A stretch of 64,000 bases of DNA, taken from the NCBI GenBank assembly GCA_002449145.1, contig DKCG01000026.1, forward strand, positions 82,608-146,607. The letters are read 5' to 3'. The notes beneath the pieces were generated by a model. That model ran no database searches. It had not been told where the DNA came from and was given only the letters and a program-made list of their open reading frames with translations. The position numbers and the translations under genes are program-made. This DNA is from Christensenella sp. UBA6880. GTDB lineage: Bacteria > Bacillota > Clostridia > Christensenellales > CAG-917. Below, piece by piece: positions 53,953-62,050 of the stretch. How positions within the stretch are numbered: the first letter of the stretch is position 1; each line of letters opens with the position of its first letter.

Positions 53953-54292
53953 AATTAATAATTAATAATTTAGGGCGGGGCACAAGCAAAAATCATCGCA
54001 GAGGTGATGACAATGCACATAAATGTGAATTGTCAAAACCTCGCTTGATTTATTGCTCTACTAACCGCGCAGAGAATTTGTGCTATCAATTCAAGTACGG
54101 ATAAAAACTCACGCCACAATTTCGCCAAATTATCTGCTTGGTAAAAGCGTGCTATGCACGCAAGCGGTAAATTTGAACGGCGGTTGGGCGCGACGCGTTA
54201 AACAACACATTCGGTGAATGTGTTGTAGCCAAAGCGAACGAGGCGGATTGCCTCGCAAACGCCGAAGTCCAAACACGTGAGGAAGGGGGAAG
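53953..54292 (+). repeat. repeat module A (short copy, 53953-53983), spacer, and repeat module T2 copy 3 (54056-54292)
   Basis: AATTAATAATTAATAATTTAGGGCGGGGCAC, then a T2 body aligning with 28029-28264 and 37726-37958. Confidence 0.85.
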
Positions 54293-54411
54293 TTTTATTT
54301 AAGATTTTAGTTAGAATGCAAACTTTAAGGCAAAGATATAAGACTTTACAAATATTTATAAAAATGTTAATATATAATATCATAAAATAATTGTGGGCGC
54401 GCGTTGCGCAT

Positions 54412-55398
54412 ATGAGTATGAAATTCGGCGAATTCAAACAACATTTTCAAGCGGTAAAAGACGGTCAGGCAAAATTTGCACCCGTCTATATCGTATGCGG
54501 CGACGACGAGTATCTCAAAGACGAGGTGCTGTCCTCTTTCAAGAGCGTCGTCGACCCCGAATACGCCGACTTCAACTATTCGCGCTTGTCTGGCGACAAC
54601 GGTATGAGCGAGGCGGTGGACTCGGCGTACACGTTCCCGATGTTCGACGAGCGCAAAGTGGTCGTTTTGAGTTTGGAAAACGCACCGACCGAAAGCGACA
54701 AGGCGACTTTTGAAAAGTACGTTTCCGACCCTTGCGAAACGAGCGTACTCGTGATAGATTGCGACGACGACGCTCAAAAGGCGTTCAAGAGCAAAAAAGC
54801 GCAAGTCGTAAACTGTTCCCGCCTCGACGATAACGAACTTATCGAAGAAATAAACGCTATCGCTGCAAGGCCGCCGCAAAAGAGAATAGAGCGCGACGCC
54901 GCTTTGGAACTCATATCGAGAACGCAAGGCAGTATGGCTCGCATAGCAATCGAAATCGAGAAACTCAAATCGTACAGCGAGGGCGCAATCACCAAAGTGG
55001 ACGTGTGCGAAATGGTGAGCGCAGACATCGATTTTCAAATCTACGAACTCGCAAACGCCGTCAGCGAAAAGAATGCCGCAAAAGCACTTGAAGTGCTTGA
55101 CGTATTCTTCAAAAACGGCATACGCGGCGTCACGATAATCAACAGACTTTACGACAAGTATCGCAATATGTTGCACGCCGAACTCAACAAGGGTATGTCC
55201 AACGACGACCTTGCCAAACTGCTCGGAATGAAAAGCGGCGCGGTTTACTTTTTGAGAAAGACGTCGGCAAACTATTCGCAAATGCGCTTAAAGCGTTGCG
55301 TGGACTATCTACACTCTCTGCAATTCGACGTACTCACGGGCAAGAGAGGGGATTTGAGCGCGATACACGAAGCGATATTGCAACTGCTTGTGATTTAA
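54412..55398 (+). CDS. holA: DNA polymerase III delta subunit
   Basis: About 330 aa, with N-terminus ..FAPVYIVCGDDEYLKDEV.. and the helical C-domain pattern of HolA. The start is either 54412 or 54418. Confidence 0.7.
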   Translation: MSMKFGEFKQHFQAVKDGQAKFAPVYIVCGDDEYLKDEVLSSFKSVVDPEYADFNYSRLSGDNGMSEAVDSAYTFPMFDERKVVVLSLENAPTESDKATFEKYVSDPCETSVLVIDCDDDAQKAFKSKKAQVVNCSRLDDNELIEEINAIAARPPQKRIERDAALELISRTQGSMARIAIEIEKLKSYSEGAITKVDVCEMVSADIDFQIYELANAVSEKNAAKALEVLDVFFKNGIRGVTIINRLYDKYRNMLHAELNKGMSNDDLAKLLGMKSGAVYFLRKTSANYSQMRLKRCVDYLHSLQFDVLTGKRGDLSAIHEAILQLLVI

Positions 55399-55408
55399 GG
55401 AGAAGAAA

Positions 55409-56320
55409 ATGCAAAACAAAATCGAAAAAAAATATTACGTTTGGATATGGCTCGGGCTTATATTTGCGACGTTCGTGCGCAATATTTATCCCATTTATCT
55501 CGACATCGAATCTATGCTTGCGGAAGCGTCGAGGCTCAGCACTTTGAGCGGCGTATTCTCGATTATTTTCAGTTACGGACTCGTGCCTGCGGTCGTGACG
55601 TTCCTTCTTGCGCTCATACTTTACTACATCGTGGCGCGCCGTCACGCAAACTACGTTTCCCGCAACGATTTTTGCTACTGGACGATGATTTTCACCGCCG
55701 CGCCGAGATTGATTGTGGGCGTAATCGAGAGTTTCGCGATTTTGAACGCAAACGTGTATATCGTCACGTCAACCGTGCTCGACACGCTGCTTTTGCCCGC
55801 GTCCTATCTCGTGATGTTCCTTTGGATTTTCGCAAAGAAATACAAACTCAACCCCGTTGAAAAGCGCAACTTATTTGCGATTTTGGCAACGATTTATATG
55901 GTGCTTTTCGGCATAGGCGTGCTGGGCGAGAATCTTGCGATTGTATCCATCGGCGCGGACAAGGAACTTGCAAGCGAAATTGCGGACACTTTGGCGCAAC
56001 TCGGTTATATCGTGGGCGAAATTACGACCCCGATTCAAACGGTTTCGAGCGCGATTGCGATATGCGTGTTCCTTGCGTATCTCGTTGCGGTTATCGTGCT
56101 TTCCGTTCTGTTCAGAAAGCAAGCGGACGAGTTCAGAGATACTGACACGAGAGAACAGTATTTCGAGAAACACCCGAGCGGTAACGGCTACGACCGTCGC
56201 GACGACGTTTCCGACACTTTCGACGAGTTTGAAAGACGTCACGTCCACAAAAAGGACGATTCCGACGACGATTCGCACACTTCGGGCGGCGGAAACGTAT
56301 TCGACGAGTTCGACATCTGA
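55409..56320 (+). CDS. polytopic membrane protein, unknown function, acidic C-terminal tail
   Basis: About 6 predicted hydrophobic segments. The C-terminus is DDSDDDSHTSGGGNVFDEFDI. Confidence 0.5.
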   Translation: MQNKIEKKYYVWIWLGLIFATFVRNIYPIYLDIESMLAEASRLSTLSGVFSIIFSYGLVPAVVTFLLALILYYIVARRHANYVSRNDFCYWTMIFTAAPRLIVGVIESFAILNANVYIVTSTVLDTLLLPASYLVMFLWIFAKKYKLNPVEKRNLFAILATIYMVLFGIGVLGENLAIVSIGADKELASEIADTLAQLGYIVGEITTPIQTVSSAIAICVFLAYLVAVIVLSVLFRKQADEFRDTDTREQYFEKHPSGNGYDRRDDVSDTFDEFERRHVHKKDDSDDDSHTSGGGNVFDEFDI

Positions 56321-56391
56321 TAATACGATATAAATTCACCAAAGAAAAACAGACTTAAACTTCCGCAAAAACTGCGGATTGCGAGGGATAT

Positions 56392-57261
56392 ATGTCATAC
56401 AATTTTGCTCAATACGCAAAAGGGGTCAACTTGTACTTCATAATCGATATGGTCATTTTGGTGACCGTGTTTGCGATTATGCTGAGTTTCTTCATTTACA
56501 AGCGCAATATGAAAGTGTTTTTCCTCTTGCTGCTCGGCGCGGTGCTTGACGTGCTCGTCAACGTACTGTCCGAACTGCTCGGCGGAAACATTTTGGCAAT
56601 CGCCAAATACGTTATGCACTTCGTGGTGGTGTTCGACATAGTCGCCGCTTGCGTGGTGTATCAGAACGACTTGAAAAACCTATTCCAAAAGGTTTCGACG
56701 TCCAAAGGTTTTGAAACGCACAACAGCGACGACGAACTTCGCGACGCAACCGCAGAAATACTGACCGCTTGCCAAGATATGGCAAAGCAAGACGTCGGCG
56801 CGATTATCATCATCGACAGCGCGGGGGATATTCACGACAACATACTCGACACGGGTACGCGCCTCAACGCAACGCTCAGCGCGCCGCTTTTCGAGAGTAT
56901 TTTCAACACCAAAGCACCCCTTCACGACGGCGCGGTCATCGTCAGAGGCAACAAGATTATAGCGGCAGGCTGTTTCTTGACCCTCACTCAACGCAACGTC
57001 AACAAAGAGATGGGTACAAGACACCGCGCGGCTATCGGCATAACCGAGGACACCGACGTGCTTTCAATCGTCGTCAGCGAGGAAACGGGCATTATATCCG
57101 TCGTCAAACACGGCGAGATTAAGCGTTATATGACTATGGACAAACTCAAAGACGAAATCGAAGACGCATACGGCATTTCGCCGACGGCAATCGCTTTGAG
57201 AGAGGCCCACGCATCGAGAAAACTCGGCGGTAAAATCCGCAGAAACGGAAGGTTCAAATGA
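56392..57261 (+). CDS. cdaA: diadenylate cyclase CdaA
   Basis: N-terminal TMs and a DAC domain (..APLHDGAVIVRGNKIIAAGCFL.., GTRHRAAIGITEDTDVLSIVVSEETG). Confidence 0.9.
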   Translation: MSYNFAQYAKGVNLYFIIDMVILVTVFAIMLSFFIYKRNMKVFFLLLLGAVLDVLVNVLSELLGGNILAIAKYVMHFVVVFDIVAACVVYQNDLKNLFQKVSTSKGFETHNSDDELRDATAEILTACQDMAKQDVGAIIIIDSAGDIHDNILDTGTRLNATLSAPLFESIFNTKAPLHDGAVIVRGNKIIAAGCFLTLTQRNVNKEMGTRHRAAIGITEDTDVLSIVVSEETGIISVVKHGEIKRYMTMDKLKDEIEDAYGISPTAIALREAHASRKLGGKIRRNGRFK

Positions 57262-58475
57262 AAACTATAAGAAGTTGCGACATACTCGTACCCGATAATT
57301 GCGACCATCAAAAATGGTCGGTCGTCGCTTGTGATCAGTTCACGTCCGAGCGCGGCTACTGGAAAAAACTCGAAGACTTCGTCGGCGACGCGAACAGTAC
57401 GCTCAAACTCATTTTCCCCGAAGCGTACCTCGAAGACAGCGACAAGGACGAGAGAATAGACAACATAAACCGTACGATGAAAGAGTATCTCGACGGCGGC
57501 GTTTTCAAAACTTTGAAAGACAGTTTCATCGTATGCAAACGCACGACGGCAAGCGGAATTTCGAGGCTCGGAATCGTGCTTGCGGTGGATTTGGAAGACT
57601 ATTGCTTCACTCATCCGTCAAACGCATACATACGCTCAACGGAAGGCGTGGTTCTCGACAGAATACCGCCTCGCCTCAAAATCAGACAAGACGCGCCCGT
57701 CGAACTTCCGCACATTATGCTTCTCATCGACGACAGAAAACACTCGGTTATCGAGCCTATCTGGGCGGCAAGGGAAGGACTTGAAAAGGTGTACGATTTC
57801 GATTTGAATATGGACGGCGGACATCTCGAGGGTTACAGAATAGACTCGCAAATCGTTATCGACGCGTTTGAAAAATACGTCGATTCCGTGCAAAATCTTT
57901 ACGGCACGGGCAAGAACGATTTTATATTTGCAGTCGGCGACGGCAACCACTCTCTTGCAACGGCGCAAGCGCACTGGAATCGCATAAAAGAGGGGTTAAC
58001 CGATGCACAAAAGGCAGCTCATCCCGCAAGATTCGCACTTTGCGAGGTTGAGAACCTTCACGACGACGGCATAGTTTTCGAGCCGATTCACCGTTTCGTT
58101 TTCGGCGTAGGCGAGGACTTTATCCGCTATATGCAAGCAAATCTTTCGGGCGAGAAAGAGGTCAAGGCGTTCGACAAAAATGGCGAGTACGTCTTGAGGG
58201 TAGACCGCATAGGCGCAAAGGCAATAAAGGATATTCAAAGCGCAATCGACGAGTATCTGAAAGCGCACGGCGGCACGGTTGACTACATTCACGGCATCGA
58301 ACATCTCAAAGACGTCGCTTCCCGCAACGACGGCGTTGCAATCGCTATGCCCAAAATCGAAAAGGAAGAATTGTTCGATTACGTTCTCAAAAACGGCACT
58401 CTCTGCCGCAAGGCGTTCTCTATGGGCGAAGCGGAAGAAAAAAGATATTATTTCGAAGCCAAAAAGATAAAATAA
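57258..58475 (+). CDS. DUF1015 family protein
   Basis: ATGA overlap with the cdaA stop. The ..FIFAVGDGNHSLATAQAHW.. region is typical of DUF1015. Confidence 0.7.
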   Translation: MKTIRSCDILVPDNCDHQKWSVVACDQFTSERGYWKKLEDFVGDANSTLKLIFPEAYLEDSDKDERIDNINRTMKEYLDGGVFKTLKDSFIVCKRTTASGISRLGIVLAVDLEDYCFTHPSNAYIRSTEGVVLDRIPPRLKIRQDAPVELPHIMLLIDDRKHSVIEPIWAAREGLEKVYDFDLNMDGGHLEGYRIDSQIVIDAFEKYVDSVQNLYGTGKNDFIFAVGDGNHSLATAQAHWNRIKEGLTDAQKAAHPARFALCEVENLHDDGIVFEPIHRFVFGVGEDFIRYMQANLSGEKEVKAFDKNGEYVLRVDRIGAKAIKDIQSAIDEYLKAHGGTVDYIHGIEHLKDVASRNDGVAIAMPKIEKEELFDYVLKNGTLCRKAFSMGEAEEKRYYFEAKKIK

Positions 58476-58534
58476 TTGCCCTTTGCCGATGTCTAACGAA
58501 AGATTCGGCGCATAACATAATATAGGGACTCGAT

Positions 58535-59848
58535 ATGAAAGTTTGCAAATTCGGCGGCACTTCTATGGCGAACGGCGAAACAATTTCCCGCGTGATAGAC
58601 GTCATAAAAAGCGACCCGCAAAGAAAATATATCGTCGTTTCCGCACCGGGGAAACGCAACAAAGCAGACGTCAAAGTGACGGACGCGCTTTATGCGTGCT
58701 TCAACGAAAAAAAAGAAAAAGGCAACTGCACGCAATCTTTCGAGGTTATAAGAAAACGCTTCAAGGACATCGTGTCCGCTCTCGATCTCGACTTCGACAT
58801 AGACCCCGTTCTCGACGAGGTAAAGGCAGGCATAGACAACAGCGTATCAAGCGACTACGCCGCTTCGAGAGGGGAATACCTCAACGCGCTGATTTTGGCA
58901 AAAAAGTTGGGATTCGAGTTTATCGACACCCAAAATATCGTGAAATTCAACGGCGAAAAACTGCAAATGCACTATTCGCTCGACCTCATAAAACAGAAAC
59001 TCGACGGGGTGGAATACGCCGTTATCCCCGGCTTTTACGGCTCGAATCAAGACGGCAGAATCACCACTTTTTCGCGCGGCGGCTCGGATATTACGGGCGC
59101 GCTCGTCGCACGCGCCGTCGGGGCGGACGTCTACGAAAACTGGACGGACGTCGACGGCTTTTTGACCGCCGATCCGCGTATCGTGGACGATCCCGAAATC
59201 ATCGATTATTTGAGTTATCGCGAACTTCGCGAACTTGCGTATATGGGCGCGGAAGTCTTGCACCCCGAATCCATTTTCCCCGTCAGAAGCGTGGGAATCC
59301 CCATCAATATCAAAAACACGTTCAATCCGTCCCACAAAGGCACTATGATAGTGGCGGAAAAGAATCTGCCCAAAGAAAAGAAGGTCATAACGGGTATCGC
59401 CGGCAAAAAGGGATTTACGATTATCAATATCGAAAAAGATATGATGAATTCCGAAATCGGCTTCGGCAGAAAGGTTTTGTCCGTTCTCGAATTTGAGGGT
59501 ATCTCGTTTGAACACGTTCCGTCGGGCATAGACACGCTTTCCGTCGTAATCCGTGACGAGTACATCGCGGGCAAAATGCAAAAAGTGCTTGCCGCGCTTC
59601 AAGAATCCATCAACGCCGACAATATCGAGATACACAGCGGACTTTCGCTCATCGCCACCGTCGGACACAATATGACCTCGCGACAAGGCACTGCCGCAAT
59701 GCTTTTCACCGCGCTTGCCGACGCCAACGTTAACATTCGTATGATTGACCAAGGATCTTCGGAACTTAACATTATCGTGGGGGTGGATACTTTTGATTAT
59801 GAGCGTGCCGTCAACGCCATTTACCAAACCTCACTAAATCGCGCCTAA
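58535..59848 (+). CDS. lysC: aspartate kinase
   Basis: N-terminus KVCKFGGTSMANGE, kinase core, and C-terminal ACT domains. Confidence 0.9.
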   Translation: MKVCKFGGTSMANGETISRVIDVIKSDPQRKYIVVSAPGKRNKADVKVTDALYACFNEKKEKGNCTQSFEVIRKRFKDIVSALDLDFDIDPVLDEVKAGIDNSVSSDYAASRGEYLNALILAKKLGFEFIDTQNIVKFNGEKLQMHYSLDLIKQKLDGVEYAVIPGFYGSNQDGRITTFSRGGSDITGALVARAVGADVYENWTDVDGFLTADPRIVDDPEIIDYLSYRELRELAYMGAEVLHPESIFPVRSVGIPINIKNTFNPSHKGTMIVAEKNLPKEKKVITGIAGKKGFTIINIEKDMMNSEIGFGRKVLSVLEFEGISFEHVPSGIDTLSVVIRDEYIAGKMQKVLAALQESINADNIEIHSGLSLIATVGHNMTSRQGTAAMLFTALADANVNIRMIDQGSSELNIIVGVDTFDYERAVNAIYQTSLNRA

Positions 59849-59990
59849 CTTTGTCAGAGACACCCGCCTGTCAACTCATTTACGATTAGTAAATTAGGGT
59901 TGCCATTCGGGTGTCTCTTTCGCGTTATGCATCGATTTAGAGAGGTTTGGGACGTTAAAAAATTTCGCGTTCTTCATCTCAATATCGAGG
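59824..59990 (+). repeat. H-type repeat: ~127-nt nested hairpin plus a GCGTTCTTCATCTCAATA box, overlapping the lysC 3' end
   Basis: Outer arms CCAAACCTCACTAAATCG (59824-59841) and CGATTTAGAGAGGTTTGG (59933-59950). Inner arms AGAGACACCCG / CGGGTGTCTCT. The box at 59967-59984 matches 21004-21021. Confidence 0.75.
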
Positions 59991-60044
59991 TTTTGTTAAA
60001 CATATATTTTATAAATAAAACACATATAAAACGGAATAAAACAA

Positions 60045-60075
60045 CAAAAAAAAGCACTCGACGAGTGCTTTTTTC
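60045..60075. terminator. bidirectional terminator
   Basis: A-run, AAGCACTCG-A-CGAGTGCTT, then a T-run. Confidence 0.7.
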
Positions 60076-60280
60076 AATACGAATCTGCTATGCCGAGCAA
60101 ATAATCGGTCGTTACGCCGAAATACTTTGCAAGCGCAATTATCTCGCTTATAGACGGTTCGCTTCTGCCGTTTTCCCAAAATCCTATGCAGTCCGAAGTC
60201 GTGCCTATCGCCGCCGCAAGAGTCTTTTGAGTTACGCCGTCCTCTTTTCTTAATTCTTTTAGTCTGGTTTGAAAATTCAT
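60074..60280 (-). CDS. XRE-family HTH regulator
   Basis: The 68-aa product contains VTQKTLAAAIGTTSDCIGFWENGRSEP. Confidence 0.85.
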   Translation of the reverse strand: MNFQTRLKELRKEDGVTQKTLAAAIGTTSDCIGFWENGRSEPSISEIIALAKYFGVTTDYLLGIADSY

Positions 60281-60294
60281 ATCTTATCTCTATT

Positions 60295-60318
60295 AAAAAA
60301 GCACTCGTCGAGTGCTTA
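60295..60318 (-). terminator. terminator between the two XRE genes, near-duplicate of the hairpin at 60052-60070
   Basis: GCACTCGTCGAGTGC with a T-run on the minus strand. Confidence 0.6.
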
Positions 60319-60325
60319 ATTCTTT

Positions 60326-60538
60326 TTAGTAGTTTCTTCTGCCTATCAGATAGTCTACGGATACGCCGAAGAATATGCTCAGTTCAATCAACGTGTCGTA
60401 ACTCGGCTGATTGCGACCGACTTCCCATCCCGATATTGTGGATTTCGACACTTTGAGATGTTCGGCAAGGTCTTGTTGTAGCATATTTTTCTCTTGTCTG
60501 AGGGATTTTAACCTTTCGGGAAAACAACTGTGCAGCAT
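60326..60538 (-). CDS. XRE-family HTH regulator
   Basis: The 70-aa product contains MLQQDLAEHLKVSKSTISGWEVGRNQP. Confidence 0.85.
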   Translation of the reverse strand: MLHSCFPERLKSLRQEKNMLQQDLAEHLKVSKSTISGWEVGRNQPSYDTLIELSIFFGVSVDYLIGRRNY

Positions 60539-60751
60539 ATCTTCGTCCTTGATTTGTTGTAGTTATATAATAATACACAATAAGTGTTGCTGTCAATTAT
60601 TGTTTGCGTTTTTGCGATTATTTATGTAGGACGAATCAGTTGTCGTAATTTTGAAAATTTGCGGCGATTTTAGCGTTAAACGCAAAGGCGAAAGGCATTG
60701 CGCGGTTGATTTATCCGTTCTTTTGATGTACAATAAATGAGAGGTGAGTTT

Positions 60752-61240
60752 ATGAAAGCAGCGAATGTTTTGAAAAGCGTTTTGTACTGGTGCGTTCAAT
60801 GCACTTGGGGACTTTTGCAAACGGTTATGGGGCTCGTTTTGTTCGTCCGCTACGCACACTGCAAGCACGAGTTTTATCACGGCGCGATTCTCACCTATCA
60901 CGACGGAAACTGGGGCGGCGTGTCGCTCGGCTCGTTCATATTCGTCAATGGCAATCGCCCCGAGGTATGGACGAAAGACGCTCGCGTTCACGAGTACGGA
61001 CACACGATACAGTCGCTGATTTTCGGACCGCTGTATCTCGTTGTAATTGCGCTTCCGTCTATCGTGTGGTGCGGTTCAAAATCCTTGCACGAAAAGCGTA
61101 TGAGAGGCGAACTCAACTACTACGACCTCTATTGCGAGAGCAGTGCAAACACCCTCGGCGCACTCGTAACCAAAGAAGAAAAACCCAAGCGCGAGAATAC
61201 CGGCGAGGAGTTGAGAAGACGAGGCGTAATAAAGGACTGA
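60752..61240 (+). CDS. small membrane protein with an HExxH (HEYGH) motif, putative zincin-like
   Basis: GAGAGGTGAG SD before the ATG at 60752. Hydrophobic segments flank ..ARVHEYGHTIQSLIFGPLY.. Confidence 0.5.
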   Translation: MKAANVLKSVLYWCVQCTWGLLQTVMGLVLFVRYAHCKHEFYHGAILTYHDGNWGGVSLGSFIFVNGNRPEVWTKDARVHEYGHTIQSLIFGPLYLVVIALPSIVWCGSKSLHEKRMRGELNYYDLYCESSANTLGALVTKEEKPKRENTGEELRRRGVIKD

Positions 61241-61244
61241 AATT

Positions 61245-61943
61245 ATGGAAGATATGTATTCACGCACTAAAATGCTTATAGGCGACAAAATCGAATCGCT
61301 CAAATCCGCGCGCGTTCTTGTATGCGGCGTGGGCGGCGTGGGCGGCTATGTCGTCGAAGCGTTGGCAAGAGTCGGGGTGGGAAATATTGCCGTTTTGGAC
61401 AATGACGTGTTTTCCGAAAGCAACCTCAATCGTCAGATTCTGGCAACCACGAACACGGTGGGCAGACGAAAAACGGAAGTCGCGGCGGAAAGGATAAAAT
61501 CCATAAATCCCGACTGTAAAGTCACGACGTACGACCTTTTTTATATGCCCGACACGGCGGACGAAGTGCCGCTTGAAAACTACGATTATATCGTTGACGC
61601 AATCGACACCGTGAGTGCGAAACTCGCGCTCATTCAGCGCGCGAAAGAAGCGAATGTAAAGATAATTTCGTGTATGGGCACCGGCAACAAACTCGGCACG
61701 AATTTTGAAGTCGCCGACGTCTACAAGACGAGCGTTTGTCCGCTTGCAAAGGTTATGCGCAAGGAACTTAAAGCAAGGGGGGTAAAATCCCTCAAAGTCG
61801 TTTACTCGAAGGAAACGCCGCTCATCCCCAAGGATACGCCCGAAGAAAAAGGACGGCATATCCCCGGCAGTATTTGCTTTGCCCCTGCCATTGCCGCAAT
61901 GACTATGGCAAGCGAAGTCATCAAAGACATAGCAAGCCTATAA
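61245..61943 (+). CDS. tcdA: tRNA threonylcarbamoyladenosine dehydratase (ThiF/E1-like)
   Basis: VLVCGVGGVGGYVVEALARVGVGNIAVLDNDVFSESNLNRQ is the E1-like nucleotide-binding pattern, and the length fits TcdA. Confidence 0.8.
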   Translation: MEDMYSRTKMLIGDKIESLKSARVLVCGVGGVGGYVVEALARVGVGNIAVLDNDVFSESNLNRQILATTNTVGRRKTEVAAERIKSINPDCKVTTYDLFYMPDTADEVPLENYDYIVDAIDTVSAKLALIQRAKEANVKIISCMGTGNKLGTNFEVADVYKTSVCPLAKVMRKELKARGVKSLKVVYSKETPLIPKDTPEEKGRHIPGSICFAPAIAAMTMASEVIKDIASL

Positions 61944-62050
61944 ATCACACGATACGATGTTTATATCGTTAAAACGGCAATATAAAACGCCGAATCGTGC
62001 AACAAATCGATAAATTTGCAATCGCAATTTGACGCTGCAAAACCCTAAGA

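Noticed and set aside
58476-58534. Lysine (L-box) riboswitch or T-box leader upstream of lysC.
   Set aside because: The intergenic leader is only about 58 nt, far shorter than either element, and lacks their conserved cores.
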